A stretch of DNA of 61,419 nt from an uncultured Clostridia bacterium (GCA_947630405.1 CANRHL010000003.1:1-61419); one strand, 5' to 3'; shown: positions 1 through 11,181, numbered from the stretch's first letter. The notes: a model not told the origin generated them from the sequence alone. Program-made: numbers and translations.

Positions 1-3000
1 TAGATGCCGTTATTTTAAGTGTTGCGCCTAAAATTTCTCGGTCAATTTTTGTAGGAATAATTGTGTAAGTGTCGTTATTGTTTTTTACAAGGTCAAAATA
101 GTCATATGCGTTATAGGTTGTATTTGGTAGTTCCAACTCAACCTGCTCTGCACCTTCATCCGCATTTTTTGTTCTAACAACAATGTCCGCATCTGCGCCA
201 AGTGCCAGATACCCGCTTTTGCCTTCCATTGTTTTACCGCGTGGGTCAATATAATTAACTTCAATGCTTGGCAACATTCTAACATTAATAACATAGGTTG
301 TTTCAATATCTAGCGGCTCGCCTACCCCGTCAACTAACGCATATGCGCGCACCCTAATTGTGTGCAAACTAGAGTTGAAACTTCTGTCAATTGCCGTTGC
401 AACATAAAGCGTTAAAACATCTTGATTGCTAGCATCTTTTTGTTTAAACAATTTTATGCCATATCCATCGCTTGAAATAGGTTCGTTTCTATTTACCCTT
501 GTTCCACCAACTCCGTTTAATTGGAAGAACGAGATGTGTTCGTTAGATAAATCTGTTATTTCCAAATAATCATAAGAGCCATCGCTTGGCGCCATATTTA
601 TAATAATAAGTCCGTCATCTTCCGGATCGCCTGTTGGCCTTAGCACGTTGCTTTCCTCAATTTGCCTATCGTCGTTATAAGTGTAACTTTTAACAATAAT
701 GTCCTCTATACGTTGTGGCAAAAGTGTAAGTTTAATAGTTTTTTCAACCTTTTCAAACGTGCTTGTAATTCTTATTGTTTTTTCTTTGTCAACTTTGTCA
801 AGCACAACAAAGTTTCCAACAAAGGTTTGAATGCCATTTACATATTCATCTGGCTCAATTTGCAAATATTGGTTAAATTTTTCTATATTTGCACCTTCGT
901 ATCTAATGACTGTGCCATCAATATTAATGGATAAACTTTTTAAGAATTCGTCTTTAGATAATTCTTTATCGGTTGTAACATAAACGCTTATTGGCACATT
1001 TTCGTTAGGATAAATTATTGCGCTATCCAAGGCAAAATACACGTTGGTTGGCCCTATAAATGTGCTTATCATAAACTCGTAAGATTTTTCTTTCCCAATA
1101 ATATTTCCAAGCTGGTTATATTGTTTTGAGTAAACTTTTAATGTTTTATCGTGGACAGATAGCTCAATATAAGGTGTTGCCACCACTTTAAATTTAATGC
1201 CGTCCATTGCCTTTTTAATTGTTACGTTAAATGGCTCATTGTAAGGGATAAACAGTTCTTCAATGCTTTCGCCGCCTTGTGCAAGAGTTAAAGATTTTCC
1301 GTTAATTATTAAATTTTTAATTATACCTTCAATTGGTGTTGTGTCATCTTCATTTTCTTTTATAACACTAATTTCAAGCTTTAAATTTTGGTTTGGATTG
1401 GTTGTATATTCAAAAGCAAAACTGTCAGTTGAATATATTCCCGTTGAAATTTTATATAGTTGTTTGCCAACATTTTCGGTTAATTTTATTGTTTTATCAC
1501 TTTCATCCATCTCTTTAACCGGGCTTGTTGAAATTGCAAACTCTGTGCCAAATGGATAGGTTACAATCACTTTAATGGTGGCGGTTATGCTTGAATTATA
1601 TGCCGAACGCAAAACAAGTTCACACTCGCCAACACCCATAACCACAAGGTTATATGATGAAATGGAAATTATATTGGTATTGGTTGATGTTATGGTAACA
1701 TAAAGATTTTTTAATTTATCTGGCGTATATGTTATGTTAAACAATCCGCCATTGCCTATGATTTTATAACTATTTTTTTCTGTTTGAACTTTTACATTAT
1801 TATCATAATTTTCATCGCGCGGAATATTTAAGGAATAATAATATAAATGAACAACATCGGTTATTTTTGTGGTGCCATCTTCATCGTAAAGAATCTCGCT
1901 ATAATCATTTTTTAAAAGCATATTTATGCTGGTTGGTGCAAGTTCAAATATTGGTAGCCTATCTGCATTATTTGTACTTGCATTATCCATGCTTATGTAC
2001 ATATAGCCGTCTAAAATGTTTTCGTTTTGACCCCAATAATCAATTTTTGAATTATCGTTTGGCTTAATTAAGAATGCACCTCCATCCATATAGGTTTTAG
2101 GATCATCAAACTCTTCAGCGCCGTTATCGGTTATATATCTGCTATAAACTTGGTTGTAAATTGTTTCAAATTTGACATCTTCAACGCTGCCTTCTGTTGA
2201 CAAATTCAACATGTTTTTATCTTCCTTTGCGCCAACAATTTTGCCCATAAAGTAAGCGTTTGTTAAAAGCGATGTGCCGCTAACATTTGAAATTATGCCA
2301 GAAACAGATGTTTTGCCAGAAATGTAAGCGTTAACGCTTGAATAAGCAATTGCGGTTGTTTTTGTTGAGTAGTTTGAACCAGCAAGCGAACTTAAACTCG
2401 TGTTGCTATTGGCCTTGCCCACAATGCCAGAAACATAGTTTTCACCCTCAATATCCGGAGTTGTAACGGAGAAAATAGTTGTGCCTTCCACGTCTTTATT
2501 CCAGCCATAATTATAGCTCATAACCGAGTTGAATATAAACACGCCATTTTCACTGTATCCCGCAATTCCTGCCACGGCCTCAATGCCCTTAATTCCGGCA
2601 GAAATGTTTTGATAATGCGTGTTATAGTAACTTCCGTATTTATCAAAGCCAACCACGCCGCCGATATTGTTTTTGCCCACAATTGAAATTGCTGAAACGC
2701 TATTTATAACACTGAAACTATTTAAATAATCCTCATTTAGAATATCCTCAAGGAAATATAAATGGCCACCATTTTCTATTTTGTAGTTAACCGCTTGTCC
2801 ATCAAGTTCGTTTTTGCCTATTATGCCGCCAAGGTTATTGTTGCCTGTTATGCTGCCTATAACATAGGCATTTTTAATTTGGCCATAAGTGTTATTTGCA
2901 GTGTCCACTGCGTTTAAGCCGGCCACTCCGCCAATTGCAGAATTTTCGTTTAATAAATCGGTTGCAACAATTTGCATTGTAACAAGCACTGCCCTGCCTT

Positions 3001-6000
3001 GTGCCGTTGCGCTAAACACAATATTCCCATTTTCATAATCGGTTTGATATGAGGAATTAGCATTTACATCCACATCATTTTCGCCATTAAGGCCCAAAAT
3101 TTCGCCCTGATTTAAGCCAACAAGCCCGCCAAAATAACTAGGAGCATTGCCGGTTAAAGTAATTGTTCCGTTCGCGCCAACAATTGAGTTGGATGTGTAA
3201 GTTATTTCGCCTTGGTTAGTCCCTGCAAGCGCGCCAAAGTAAATAGTTCCCGTTCCGCTTAGGTGCGAACTGCCTGTTACGTTAACCGAAACGTTTGTTA
3301 ATGTGCCTTTGTTAACTCCAATTATGCCAAGATTTAAATTTGAATCGTTTAATGAATAGTTATAATTATAGTTAACTTGGAAGTTTACATTTTGAATTTT
3401 GCCAGAAGGAGAAATTGTTTTAAATAGGTTTGTTGTTTTTTCATCCAAAGTTAAACCAAAAATTGAATATGTGTAATAGGTTGTTATGTTATCTGCGCTA
3501 ACTGTGTAATCGCTCATAAGCCCGCCAGAAAAATTTTCAACACTAAATTCTTTGCCCGTTAAATTGATGTTTGTCATCAAACGATAATATTGGTTAGGGC
3601 TATTTTTAATTTCCAAAAATTCATCTGTGTTGGTAACTAAATATGGGTTTAATTCCCTTCCGTCCGAAACAATAAGGTCGACTGTCAAATATGCATCTTT
3701 ATGCCCGTCAAGCAAATAATCTTCAATACTGGTTATGCTTCCCACATTATCGATGTCAATTTGAAGAGCATCTTTGGCTATAATATATAATTTTAGGTCG
3801 CCCCAACTATCTTTGTTGCTAGTAATTCTAAATGAGTTAGTTTTATCGTCAATAACAAACGCATTGTCAATTTGATTATTTCTATCTGTTATTAAAATTT
3901 TGAAGTAAGGGAAAGATACTTTATTTTGATTGTTGGAAAGATTAGAGGCAACAATCTCGTAAGTTAAATTGTTTTCGGAATTGGTTTTAATGTTTAAATA
4001 TTTAGTTCGGTTTTCATTATCCCTTGTTTTAATGTTCGTTTTAGATGTTGTTTCGTTGCCCGTTTTAATGTTAACATCTTCTATTACAATTCGTTTTGTA
4101 AATTCGGGCGAATTAACATAAATTCTGCAGGTTAGCAAGTGTGTGTTATTAAATTGTTTTATTCTTGCTGAAAAATCCACATATTCATAATCGCCCTCGT
4201 TGCCGTTAAATCTAACTTTAATGTTTTTATCCGTTTGCTCTATTGCGGATACGTAAATTGAGTTGGTTGTCCAAACCACACTTTTCATATTGTTGCCATC
4301 AAACAAGCCAAAATTATTATCTTCTGTTTGTTGTTGTGGCAAAACATAATTCCAAAGGTCAGCCAATAAATCCACACTAATAGTTGCCTCGCCATAATCT
4401 TTATAAAGCGCACCTAAACTATTATAATAATATCTTTCTTTTAGATAATTTGTTCTTTCTTCCAGATAATTTAACGAGATGTTAGAATCCAAAATTTCTT
4501 CATAGATAAAGAAATCCACTTTATGGTCAAACGGATTAACAGTTTCACTAATTGTTAAAACATCATCGAATGTTCTTACCCTAACCTGAATAATTAAACT
4601 GATGATTTTAACTCCGTTTAAATATGTTCCTTTCTTAAAGTTTAATGTTACAAAATTATCTTGGTCAATTTTTGATAGATAACTATTTTTGTTAGCTTCT
4701 TCCGCATCAAACTCAATGTCATACGAATAGGAATCAATCATATTATTATTCGTAAAAATTGGGTCTACATTAACATAAAAGTTTAGCTCTTCACCGCTGG
4801 CAACAATGTAATCTGCTGGATATTCTGCAAACTCATATTGTTTATCTCCGTTAACAATTTCGCTATTTTTAAATGAGCGGTTAGTGTGGGACAAATCTAG
4901 GTTATATTCAATGTCTTTCCCTTCCAACTTTTGATAAACCACCACATCAACCGACCTTACAAAATCGTCCTGCCTAAATTCAATTCTGTAATTGCCAATG
5001 TCCGTGTTTCTATTAAGCACCAAAATTATAACATTAAGGATTTTTGCATCTTCATCGAACTTATATACGATGCTAGATTCACCCTCAATAATTGTGGTGC
5101 TTGTGTTTTTACCTATTCCGTCATTGCCGTTTCTCGAATATTGCTTAATTTTTAACGGATTGTTATTGCCACCATAAACGGTAACCACAAATTGTGTTTG
5201 TGCCCCTCTATCGTTGCGAATAACATCTTCCGGTTTAACATACAAAATTGCCGAGCCTTGATTTCCCGTATCGGTATCCACGCCGTTTAATCTATCCAAA
5301 TAAACAACTGCGCCGTCATCGTTTGCATATTTGCCCTGAACCAAATTATAGTCAATTGACGTTTGATTCATAAACAAGTTGCCGGCAGAAATCTTTAAAT
5401 CGGTTACCCTGCTTACAGTATTTGCAAATTGCACCGTGACATTTGCCGGGCTTATTGAATTGGTTTCATCACTAAAATATTCCAATTCGCCGTTATAGAA
5501 ATTAAACACATCAAACTTTAATGTGTTGTTTGGATTATTTTCTCTATCGTTTGCTTTCTCGTATTGAAATTTTATGTTTAAATTATCTGAATAAGCAAAA
5601 GGCTCACTCACCATTTTGCCAAGGTTTTGGTCATAATAAAATCTAACCGCTTTGCCGTTTAAATGGAATTCCAGCAAATTGGCATTTGTTCTAACTCGCT
5701 GGTCGCCAAAACTAACGCCCGCTAAATTGGTGTATGTATTTTGAAAGCTAGCATCGGTGTAAACATCATTCACTCCGGCATCTTGCATTTTTGCATTAAG
5801 CAAGTTTGGTTCAATCGACAATTTCATATACTTTAAATCAAATAAACAATAGTCCGGAATAGGATTAAACTTAAATCTTGCACCCAACGCATCGGCATAA
5901 TAATCGTAGATGTTTTCAATGTTTACAACGTTGTTTTCGGCTGCTTTTCGCTCACCCTGCATGTAAACATCAATGTTGGTTGGCCTAACATCACATTTAA

Positions 6001-7108
6001 CTAGAACGGTTTTATAAACAGGGGCAATATCCCCCACGCAGTTTTTAGGTGTTAAACCAAGCTGCACTGCAATATCATTTTCGCTATATTGATTTGGTTT
6101 TGCTTGTATAACAAAGTTGTTGTCAACATTTAAAATTTCAAGTTGGCTGCTAGTTGAACTGTAAAAATCATAGCCGAAATTTGAGTTGGCAAAATTTAAG
6201 AACTCGTCAATATTTTCATAAGAAGCGCTTTCGGCATTATAATACCTTAAACCAACTTTAAAATTGCTATGCGTGTTGTTGCTATCGTTTGAAATAAGAT
6301 GTATGGCTTGTCCATTTGTTAAATATTTGCCATATGCTTCTTCTGTTGCCACAACGCGCAAATTGTTGTCGTTTAAGGTTTTAACAAACACAAAATTAAC
6401 TTTAACGTTTGAAAATTCCTTATTCTCGTAGCCGTCCATGGTGCAAACCGGGGTTAAAGTTAGGCTTTCGTTATTTCTAACATTTGAATTGAGCGTGAAA
6501 CCAGAAATTAAACTTTCCCCGCCCACGTCAACCGTGTTAAGCGTAACATTGTTAATTGCCCCGCCATTGTTTTTAAAATATATTTTATCCGTGCTGCCAT
6601 ATGGATAAATCGCAACAATGCTAGAAGCATTAATGCTAACAGATTTGGTGTCCGCTTCCGGAATTGAAATTATGTAGGTTTTAATATTTTGATTTTTTAA
6701 GGTTAAATTGTTGGATTTTTGTTCTATATCAACATCTATTGTTTTGGTTTTGCCCGAGCCTGTGTGGGTGGCAACAATTGTGTCCTTGCCGGGGATTGCT
6801 GCGGTTACATCAACATAAAAGGTGTTTCCGCTTTTGGTTTTGTTTGTGAAGGATACTTTATTGTTTTTTGAGTAAAATTGCAAATCGCCAACGTCTTCCG
6901 CTTTAACGCCGTCCACATTAAATGAAATTTTGGTTTGGCCAAGGCCCTTTGAACTGTCGTCTATAACAAGCCTAACACTATCAAGCACATCTCCGCTTGT
7001 ATTATAACTAGTTATTGATAAATTCTTGTATTTATCCCCACAGGCGGAAAAAAGCACACAACAAAACAGTGCAACTATTGTTAAAGCAAAACTCAAATAT
7101 TTTTTCAT
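1..7108 (-). CDS. Giant surface lipoprotein (>=2369 aa, 3' end outside window) with GLUG-type repeats and probable Ig-like beta domains
   Basis: ATG at 7108 after RBS GAGGGGAG. N-terminus MKKYLSFALTIVALFCCVLFSA-CGDK is a lipoprotein signal peptide with lipobox. The frame is open at the start, in the middle and at the window edge (...TKIDREILGATLKITAS) where spot-checked. It is absent from the ORF track, consistent with no stop in the window. Motifs SDGRELNPYLVTN, LGIIGVNKG, FGALAGTNQG, FGGLVGLNQG, IGGVAGLN, LGGIIGKN, IGGVVGFD, VSGIVGKAN at ~2250-3670. Confidence 0.88.
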   Translation of the reverse strand, partial: MKKYLSFALTIVALFCCVLFSACGDKYKNLSITSYNTSGDVLDSVRLVIDDSSKGLGQTKISFNVDGVKAEDVGDLQFYSKNNKVSFTNKTKSGNTFYVDVTAAIPGKDTIVATHTGSGKTKTIDVDIEQKSNNLTLKNQNIKTYIISIPEADTKSVSINASSIVAIYPYGSTDKIYFKNNGGAINNVTLNTVDVGGESLISGFTLNSNVRNNESLTLTPVCTMDGYENKEFSNVKVNFVFVKTLNDNNLRVVATEEAYGKYLTNGQAIHLISNDSNNTHSNFKVGLRYYNAESASYENIDEFLNFANSNFGYDFYSSTSSQLEILNVDNNFVIQAKPNQYSENDIAVQLGLTPKNCVGDIAPVYKTVLVKCDVRPTNIDVYMQGERKAAENNVVNIENIYDYYADALGARFKFNPIPDYCLFDLKYMKLSIEPNLLNAKMQDAGVNDVYTDASFQNTYTNLAGVSFGDQRVRTNANLLEFHLNGKAVRFYYDQNLGKMVSEPFAYSDNLNIKFQYEKANDRENNPNNTLKFDVFNFYNGELEYFSDETNSISPANVTVQFANTVSRVTDLKISAGNLFMNQTSIDYNLVQGKYANDDGAVVYLDRLNGVDTDTGNQGSAILYVKPEDVIRNDRGAQTQFVVTVYGGNNNPLKIKQYSRNGNDGIGKNTSTTIIEGESSIVYKFDEDAKILNVIILVLNRNTDIGNYRIEFRQDDFVRSVDVVVYQKLEGKDIEYNLDLSHTNRSFKNSEIVNGDKQYEFAEYPADYIVASGEELNFYVNVDPIFTNNNMIDSYSYDIEFDAEEANKNSYLSKIDQDNFVTLNFKKGTYLNGVKIISLIIQVRVRTFDDVLTISETVNPFDHKVDFFIYEEILDSNISLNYLEERTNYLKERYYYNSLGALYKDYGEATISVDLLADLWNYVLPQQQTEDNNFGLFDGNNMKSVVWTTNSIYVSAIEQTDKNIKVRFNGNEGDYEYVDFSARIKQFNNTHLLTCRIYVNSPEFTKRIVIEDVNIKTGNETTSKTNIKTRDNENRTKYLNIKTNSENNLTYEIVASNLSNNQNKVSFPYFKILITDRNNQIDNAFVIDDKTNSFRITSNKDSWGDLKLYIIAKDALQIDIDNVGSITSIEDYLLDGHKDAYLTVDLIVSDGRELNPYLVTNTDEFLEIKNSPNQYYRLMTNINLTGKEFSVENFSGGLMSDYTVSADNITTYYTYSIFGLTLDEKTTNLFKTISPSGKIQNVNFQVNYNYNYSLNDSNLNLGIIGVNKGTLTNVSVNVTGSSHLSGTGTIYFGALAGTNQGEITYTSNSIVGANGTITLTGNAPSYFGGLVGLNQGEILGLNGENDVDVNANSSYQTDYENGNIVFSATAQGRAVLVTMQIVATDLLNENSAIGGVAGLNAVDTANNTYGQIKNAYVIGSITGNNNLGGIIGKNELDGQAVNYKIENGGHLYFLEDILNEDYLNSFSVINSVSAISIVGKNNIGGVVGFDKYGSYYNTHYQNISAGIKGIEAVAGIAGYSENGVFIFNSVMSYNYGWNKDVEGTTIFSVTTPDIEGENYVSGIVGKANSNTSLSSLAGSNYSTKTTAIAYSSVNAYISGKTSVSGIISNVSGTSLLTNAYFMGKIVGAKEDKNMLNLSTEGSVEDVKFETIYNQVYSRYITDNGAEEFDDPKTYMDGGAFLIKPNDNSKIDYWGQNENILDGYMYISMDNASTNNADRLPIFELAPTSINMLLKNDYSEILYDEDGTTKITDVVHLYYYSLNIPRDENYDNNVKVQTEKNSYKIIGNGGLFNITYTPDKLKNLYVTITSTNTNIISISSYNLVVMGVGECELVLRSAYNSSITATIKVIVTYPFGTEFAISTSPVKEMDESDKTIKLTENVGKQLYKISTGIYSTDSFAFEYTTNPNQNLKLEISVIKENEDDTTPIEGIIKNLIINGKSLTLAQGGESIEELFIPYNEPFNVTIKKAMDGIKFKVVATPYIELSVHDKTLKVYSKQYNQLGNIIGKEKSYEFMISTFIGPTNVYFALDSAIIYPNENVPISVYVTTDKELSKDEFLKSLSINIDGTVIRYEGANIEKFNQYLQIEPDEYVNGIQTFVGNFVVLDKVDKEKTIRITSTFEKVEKTIKLTLLPQRIEDIIVKSYTYNDDRQIEESNVLRPTGDPEDDGLIIINMAPSDGSYDYLEITDLSNEHISFFQLNGVGGTRVNRNEPISSDGYGIKLFKQKDASNQDVLTLYVATAIDRSFNSSLHTIRVRAYALVDGVGEPLDIETTYVINVRMLPSIEVNYIDPRGKTMEGKSGYLALGADADIVVRTKNADEGAEQVELELPNTTYNAYDYFDLVKNNNDTYTIIPTKIDREILGATLKITAS

Positions 7109-7259
7109 TTTCTCCCCTCAAAAATAATTTAACCTAAAATGCAATAAATATTTTATTTTAATAATATTTATTATTATAAATAATATTGTAATATTTTGTC
7201 AAATAAAAAATATAATCATAAATAAAAATTTTTAATAATATTTTATTTAAGGGAATTTT

Positions 7260-7535
7260 ATGGAAAATAAAGAAACAATTAAAAAAGAGCAAACAATAAT
7301 GCTAGTAAATAGGCAAGAATTATCCATTTCCGGCGTAAATAAAATAATTAGCCTAAAACCCGATTTAATTCAATTAGATAGTGTTTATGGCGGAATTGTT
7401 ATAGCCGGGCAAAATTTGGAATTATTAAATTTAAATAACGATAATAGCACAACGCAAATAAAAGGCAATGTAAATTTAATAAAATTTGTTGAAGGCAAAA
7501 ATAAAGAGCCGCTATTCAGGAAAATATTTAAATGA
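7260..7535 (+). CDS. yabP: Sporulation protein YabP/YqfC family
   Basis: 91 aa, LVNRQELSISGVNKI...LFRKIFK pattern; first gene of the yabP-yabQ-divIC order. Confidence 0.85.
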   Translation: MENKETIKKEQTIMLVNRQELSISGVNKIISLKPDLIQLDSVYGGIVIAGQNLELLNLNNDNSTTQIKGNVNLIKFVEGKNKEPLFRKIFK

Positions 7536-7900
7536 TTTTTTCAACACAAAACCAATTAAACTCGTTTTTAATTTTTATTTTGTTCGGGTTAATTTTTGGT
7601 TTTATTTTGCAAATTTTAAATATTATTTTTTTAAAAAAATATCAAAAAAATTTTTTAAAAATCATTTTTGACACCATTTTTTACGGGTTTTTTTCAATTT
7701 TTTTCGTATTTTTATTAAATTTTTTTAATTTTGGTAAATTTTCGATGACCTTATGCCTTGCTTCGATAATTGGATTTTTATGGATGAAAAAACTAACCAA
7801 AAATTTAGTTGCCTTTTTTGAAACAAAGTGGTATAATTTCATAAAATTAAAATTCAAAGGAAGGCGAAATGGAAAAAAATCAAAGCACCGGAAGGCTTAA
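7532..7900 (+). CDS. yabQ: Spore cortex biosynthesis protein YabQ-like membrane protein
   Basis: Hydrophobic 122 aa, NQLNSFLIFILFGLIFG...IIFDTIF...NFGKF; ATGA overlap with yabP. Confidence 0.7.
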   Translation: MIFSTQNQLNSFLIFILFGLIFGFILQILNIIFLKKYQKNFLKIIFDTIFYGFFSIFFVFLLNFFNFGKFSMTLCLASIIGFLWMKKLTKNLVAFFETKWYNFIKLKFKGRRNGKKSKHRKA

Positions 7901-8096
7901 ACTTGTGTTAATAATAGCCCTTGCTATTATAGTTTTGCTTGCCACAATCACCATAATTCAGCTAGTAAACATCAACATTAAAAATCGTGAAATTCAAAAA
8001 CAAAGAGCCGAAATTGAACAACTTTATGAGCAGCACGAGTTCTATAAAAGCCAAGCTAACGGGAACTCGGGTGATGACTTGGTGGTGCAGGAATGA
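7869..8096 (+). CDS. Septum formation initiator DivIC/FtsB/FtsL-like small protein
   Basis: Basic N-tail, one TM helix, coiled coil; position after yabQ; RBS GGAAGG. Confidence 0.55.
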   Translation: MEKNQSTGRLKLVLIIALAIIVLLATITIIQLVNINIKNREIQKQRAEIEQLYEQHEFYKSQANGNSGDDLVVQE

Positions 8097-8644
8097 TAAT
8101 ATCAATAACGGGTAAACCCTGCAGCGGAAAGGGTGCTACAAGCGAATTATTTTGTTCTAAATATGGTTTTGAATATATATCCACCAGCAAAAAGTTTAGA
8201 GAAACGGCAATAAAGTTAAAAATTCCTATATCGGACTTCAGTGAGGATGAGCGAATTAAAAAAGTGGACAAGGTTGTGGACGAGCACATTATAAAAATAG
8301 GCAAAAAACGCCTAAATGATAATTTGTTGCTAGATAGCCGCCTTGCCTGGCACTTTATTCCTGCTTCTTTTAAGGTTTTCCTAGATGTAAGCTGGAAAGA
8401 GGCTGGCAAGCGTTTGGTGTCCGCCGACCGTGCTGATGAACAGGCCGACAATGAAAAAGAAGCCATCGCCATGTTAAAAAAGCGTTGGAATGCCGAAAAC
8501 AAGCGCTACAAGGTGCTTTATGGAATAGATAATTTAGAAAAATCTAACTACAACCTGGTTATAAAAACCGACAATATGCCGGTTGAAGATGTGGTTGAAA
8601 AAATTTATAAGGCGTACACAAAATTTATGCAAAAGAAAGCATAA
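8093..8644 (+). CDS. cmk: Cytidylate kinase family protein (short, archaeal-like type)
   Basis: MIISITGKPCSGKG P-loop, LDSRLAWHFIP, KRYKVLYGID motifs. Confidence 0.8.
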   Translation: MIISITGKPCSGKGATSELFCSKYGFEYISTSKKFRETAIKLKIPISDFSEDERIKKVDKVVDEHIIKIGKKRLNDNLLLDSRLAWHFIPASFKVFLDVSWKEAGKRLVSADRADEQADNEKEAIAMLKKRWNAENKRYKVLYGIDNLEKSNYNLVIKTDNMPVEDVVEKIYKAYTKFMQKKA

Positions 8645-8765
8645 ATTTTTTTATTTTTTTAAAAACAACAAAAAATAATTAAAATTTACTTAAAAATATA
8701 TCCCATTAAATAAATTTTTCCTTATAACATTTTGATAAACTTAAAATTTTATGTATAATATTAGT

Positions 8766-9668
8766 ATGGAATTTAAAACTCCAACAATAAAAGATAGTGC
8801 ATTAGCATTTGCCATAAGTTTTGCCGTTAGCCAAGTTGCCATTTTGGTGTTTACCCTGCTTGGCACAACTTTTTGCAACCTAGCCCACATTGATATTTCC
8901 ACCTTTGAATTATTCTTAAATAATGCCTATGGCTATTTTATTCTTGTAATAATTCTAAATTCTGCCCTAATTGGCTGCTTTTTATATTTTAATAAGAAAA
9001 AAGATAACAACATTGTTAGCAAGCCAAAAACATCAAAAATTTTACTATACATTTTAGTTGCCTCAGCCACATTTTTTATGTTAAGCCCAATAATAAATTG
9101 CGTTGATAGCCTACTTGAACACTTAAAAATTCCACTTAACACCATCCCATATGATTTAAAATCGCTAAACGGAATTGAATTGACCTTTTCAATTTTGTCC
9201 TTTGTTATAATTCCGCCAATTGTTGAAGAGTTTTTATTTCGTGGATTTATTTTTAAAGGTTTAAAATCGGGCGGCAAAGCCTTTTCAATTATTCTTTCCG
9301 CGCTGATGTTTAGCATATTTCATATGTCTATAGACCAAACCGTTTACCCTATTCTTGTTGGCTTGCTTTTGGCAGTAATAATGTATTATGAAAACAACAT
9401 ATTATATTGTATCACTGTGCATTTAACCAACAACGCACTATCGTTTATTTTCGCCTACTTTAATTTGTCGCTAAGCTATAAACATTGGTCATTTATTTTG
9501 CTTGCTATTGTGTTGTTTGTTATCTTCCTTAGTGTTGTGTTGTTCTTCACTTTTTGGAAAAGCAAAAACACAAAGGGTGCTACGGAAAAAACAGATTATA
9601 AATATTTATTTATTACGCTTACAATAATGGTCATCATTTGGCTATTGGTAGTAACAACTAAAAAATGA
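8766..9668 (+). CDS. CPBP (CAAX/Abi) family intramembrane metalloprotease
   Basis: EEFLFRG, FSIFH, HLTNN motifs; start moved to ATG 8766, 6 nt after TATAAT. Confidence 0.9.
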   Translation: MEFKTPTIKDSALAFAISFAVSQVAILVFTLLGTTFCNLAHIDISTFELFLNNAYGYFILVIILNSALIGCFLYFNKKKDNNIVSKPKTSKILLYILVASATFFMLSPIINCVDSLLEHLKIPLNTIPYDLKSLNGIELTFSILSFVIIPPIVEEFLFRGFIFKGLKSGGKAFSIILSALMFSIFHMSIDQTVYPILVGLLLAVIMYYENNILYCITVHLTNNALSFIFAYFNLSLSYKHWSFILLAIVLFVIFLSVVLFFTFWKSKNTKGATEKTDYKYLFITLTIMVIIWLLVVTTKK

Positions 9669-10711
9669 AAAACAAAAACTTTCAAAAAATTGGAATAATT
9701 TATTTTGTTGCAATGGTGTTGATTGCAACCATTTTTATGCTTGGTTATTTTGGTGTTTTAACAAACGATATTTTAACCACATTTTTAATTCAAGTTGTTG
9801 TTATGTTTGCCGTTCCGCTTGTACTCTACACCGCTTTTGTAAGCAAAAATGTTAAAACCACTTTTGCCGATGCTGGATTTAAAAAAATAAGTTTTAAAAC
9901 GGTTTTAATTTCACTTTTATTGGGTGTTGTTCTCTATTTCATAAACTCATATGTTGCCTCCGCTTTTAGCACCATCCTTTCGCTTTTTGGATATGAAAAT
10001 TTGGCGTCTAGCACAACTGTTAAATTAAACTATGCATTTTTAATTAAAGATTTTATTTTAACCGCCGTTATGCCGGGCATTTTTGAAGAATTTTTACATC
10101 GCGGAATTTTGCTTAATGCGGGCAGGAAAGCTACCGGCAACACGCGTTATTGTTTAATTATTTCTTCCATTTTATTTGGCCTTATGCACCTTAACATCAA
10201 TCAGTTCTTTTATGCTGCGATCTTGGGTGCTTTAATGGGTTTTGTGGCAATTAAAGCGGATAGCATTTATCCAACAATAATCATACATTTTATGAATAAC
10301 TTTTTAAATAGTTATTTCCTTTATGGTGTATATTTAAATTGGCCTTTTGCTAGATTTGTAAACACGTTAAGAAATGTTCTTTTCGGCAATGCATTAGTGT
10401 TTATTTTAACCGCTTCAATTGGTGTGATTTTGTTAATTTTGTTATACTTTTATCTCGTTAAAATTATTGCAAACGAACGAGTTAAAAGAGATGTTAAAAA
10501 ACTTTTGCTGGCCTTAGAGTTAAACAATTTAACAATAGTTGAAGCGCAAGCAAAAATTGAGCAAGCCAACATAATGTTAAACGAATTGCAACAAGCAAAA
10601 ACGCTAAAAAACACATCAAAATTCAATTTTTATGATAACGTTTTTATTATCGCGTGTTATGTATTGGGCGGCCTAATAACTCTTGGCAGTTTTATTGGAG
10701 GAATAATCTAA
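9665..10711 (+). CDS. CPBP (CAAX/Abi) family intramembrane metalloprotease
   Basis: EEFLHRG, FGLMH, HFMNN motifs. Confidence 0.9.
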   Translation: MKNKNFQKIGIIYFVAMVLIATIFMLGYFGVLTNDILTTFLIQVVVMFAVPLVLYTAFVSKNVKTTFADAGFKKISFKTVLISLLLGVVLYFINSYVASAFSTILSLFGYENLASSTTVKLNYAFLIKDFILTAVMPGIFEEFLHRGILLNAGRKATGNTRYCLIISSILFGLMHLNINQFFYAAILGALMGFVAIKADSIYPTIIIHFMNNFLNSYFLYGVYLNWPFARFVNTLRNVLFGNALVFILTASIGVILLILLYFYLVKIIANERVKRDVKKLLLALELNNLTIVEAQAKIEQANIMLNELQQAKTLKNTSKFNFYDNVFIIACYVLGGLITLGSFIGGII

Positions 10712-11181
10712 TGATAAAAATAAATTTGGTTTGTGTTGGGGATATTAAAGAACAATATTTGCGCGATGCAATTAAAGAATATTCAAAACGCCTTAATAGA
10801 TTTTGTAAATTAAACATAATTGAAATTAAAGAAAATGTTGCCACATCTTCTAGCGAGCAGGACTGTTTGCGAGCGTTAAAAAAAGATGCAATTGAAATAA
10901 AAAAACATTTATCGAATTATAACATCTGTTTAGATATTGAAGGCAAAGAATTTTCAAGCCCAGAATTTGCAAAAAAAATTCAATCGCTAACTCTTAAAAC
11001 AGGCGAACTAACTTTTATTATTGGCGCATCTAACGGGCTAGATGGCGAATTAAAAAAAGAGTGTGATGAGCGTCTTTCTTTTTCTAAAATGACCTTTCCA
11101 CATCAATTGATGCGCGTTATATTTTTGGAGCAATTGTATCGCGCTTTTACAATTTTAAACAACATTGCATATCACAAATAA
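10711..11181 (+). CDS. rlmH: 23S rRNA pseudouridine1915 N3-methyltransferase
   Basis: FIIGASNG, LSFSKMTFPHQLMRVIFLEQLYRAF..YHK; TAATG coupling to the upstream stop. Confidence 0.95.
   Translation: MIKINLVCVGDIKEQYLRDAIKEYSKRLNRFCKLNIIEIKENVATSSSEQDCLRALKKDAIEIKKHLSNYNICLDIEGKEFSSPEFAKKIQSLTLKTGELTFIIGASNGLDGELKKECDERLSFSKMTFPHQLMRVIFLEQLYRAFTILNNIAYHK

Noticed and set aside
85-5177. Short ORF-track calls within 1-7108
   Set aside because: Antisense or off-frame shadows of the giant lipoprotein gene
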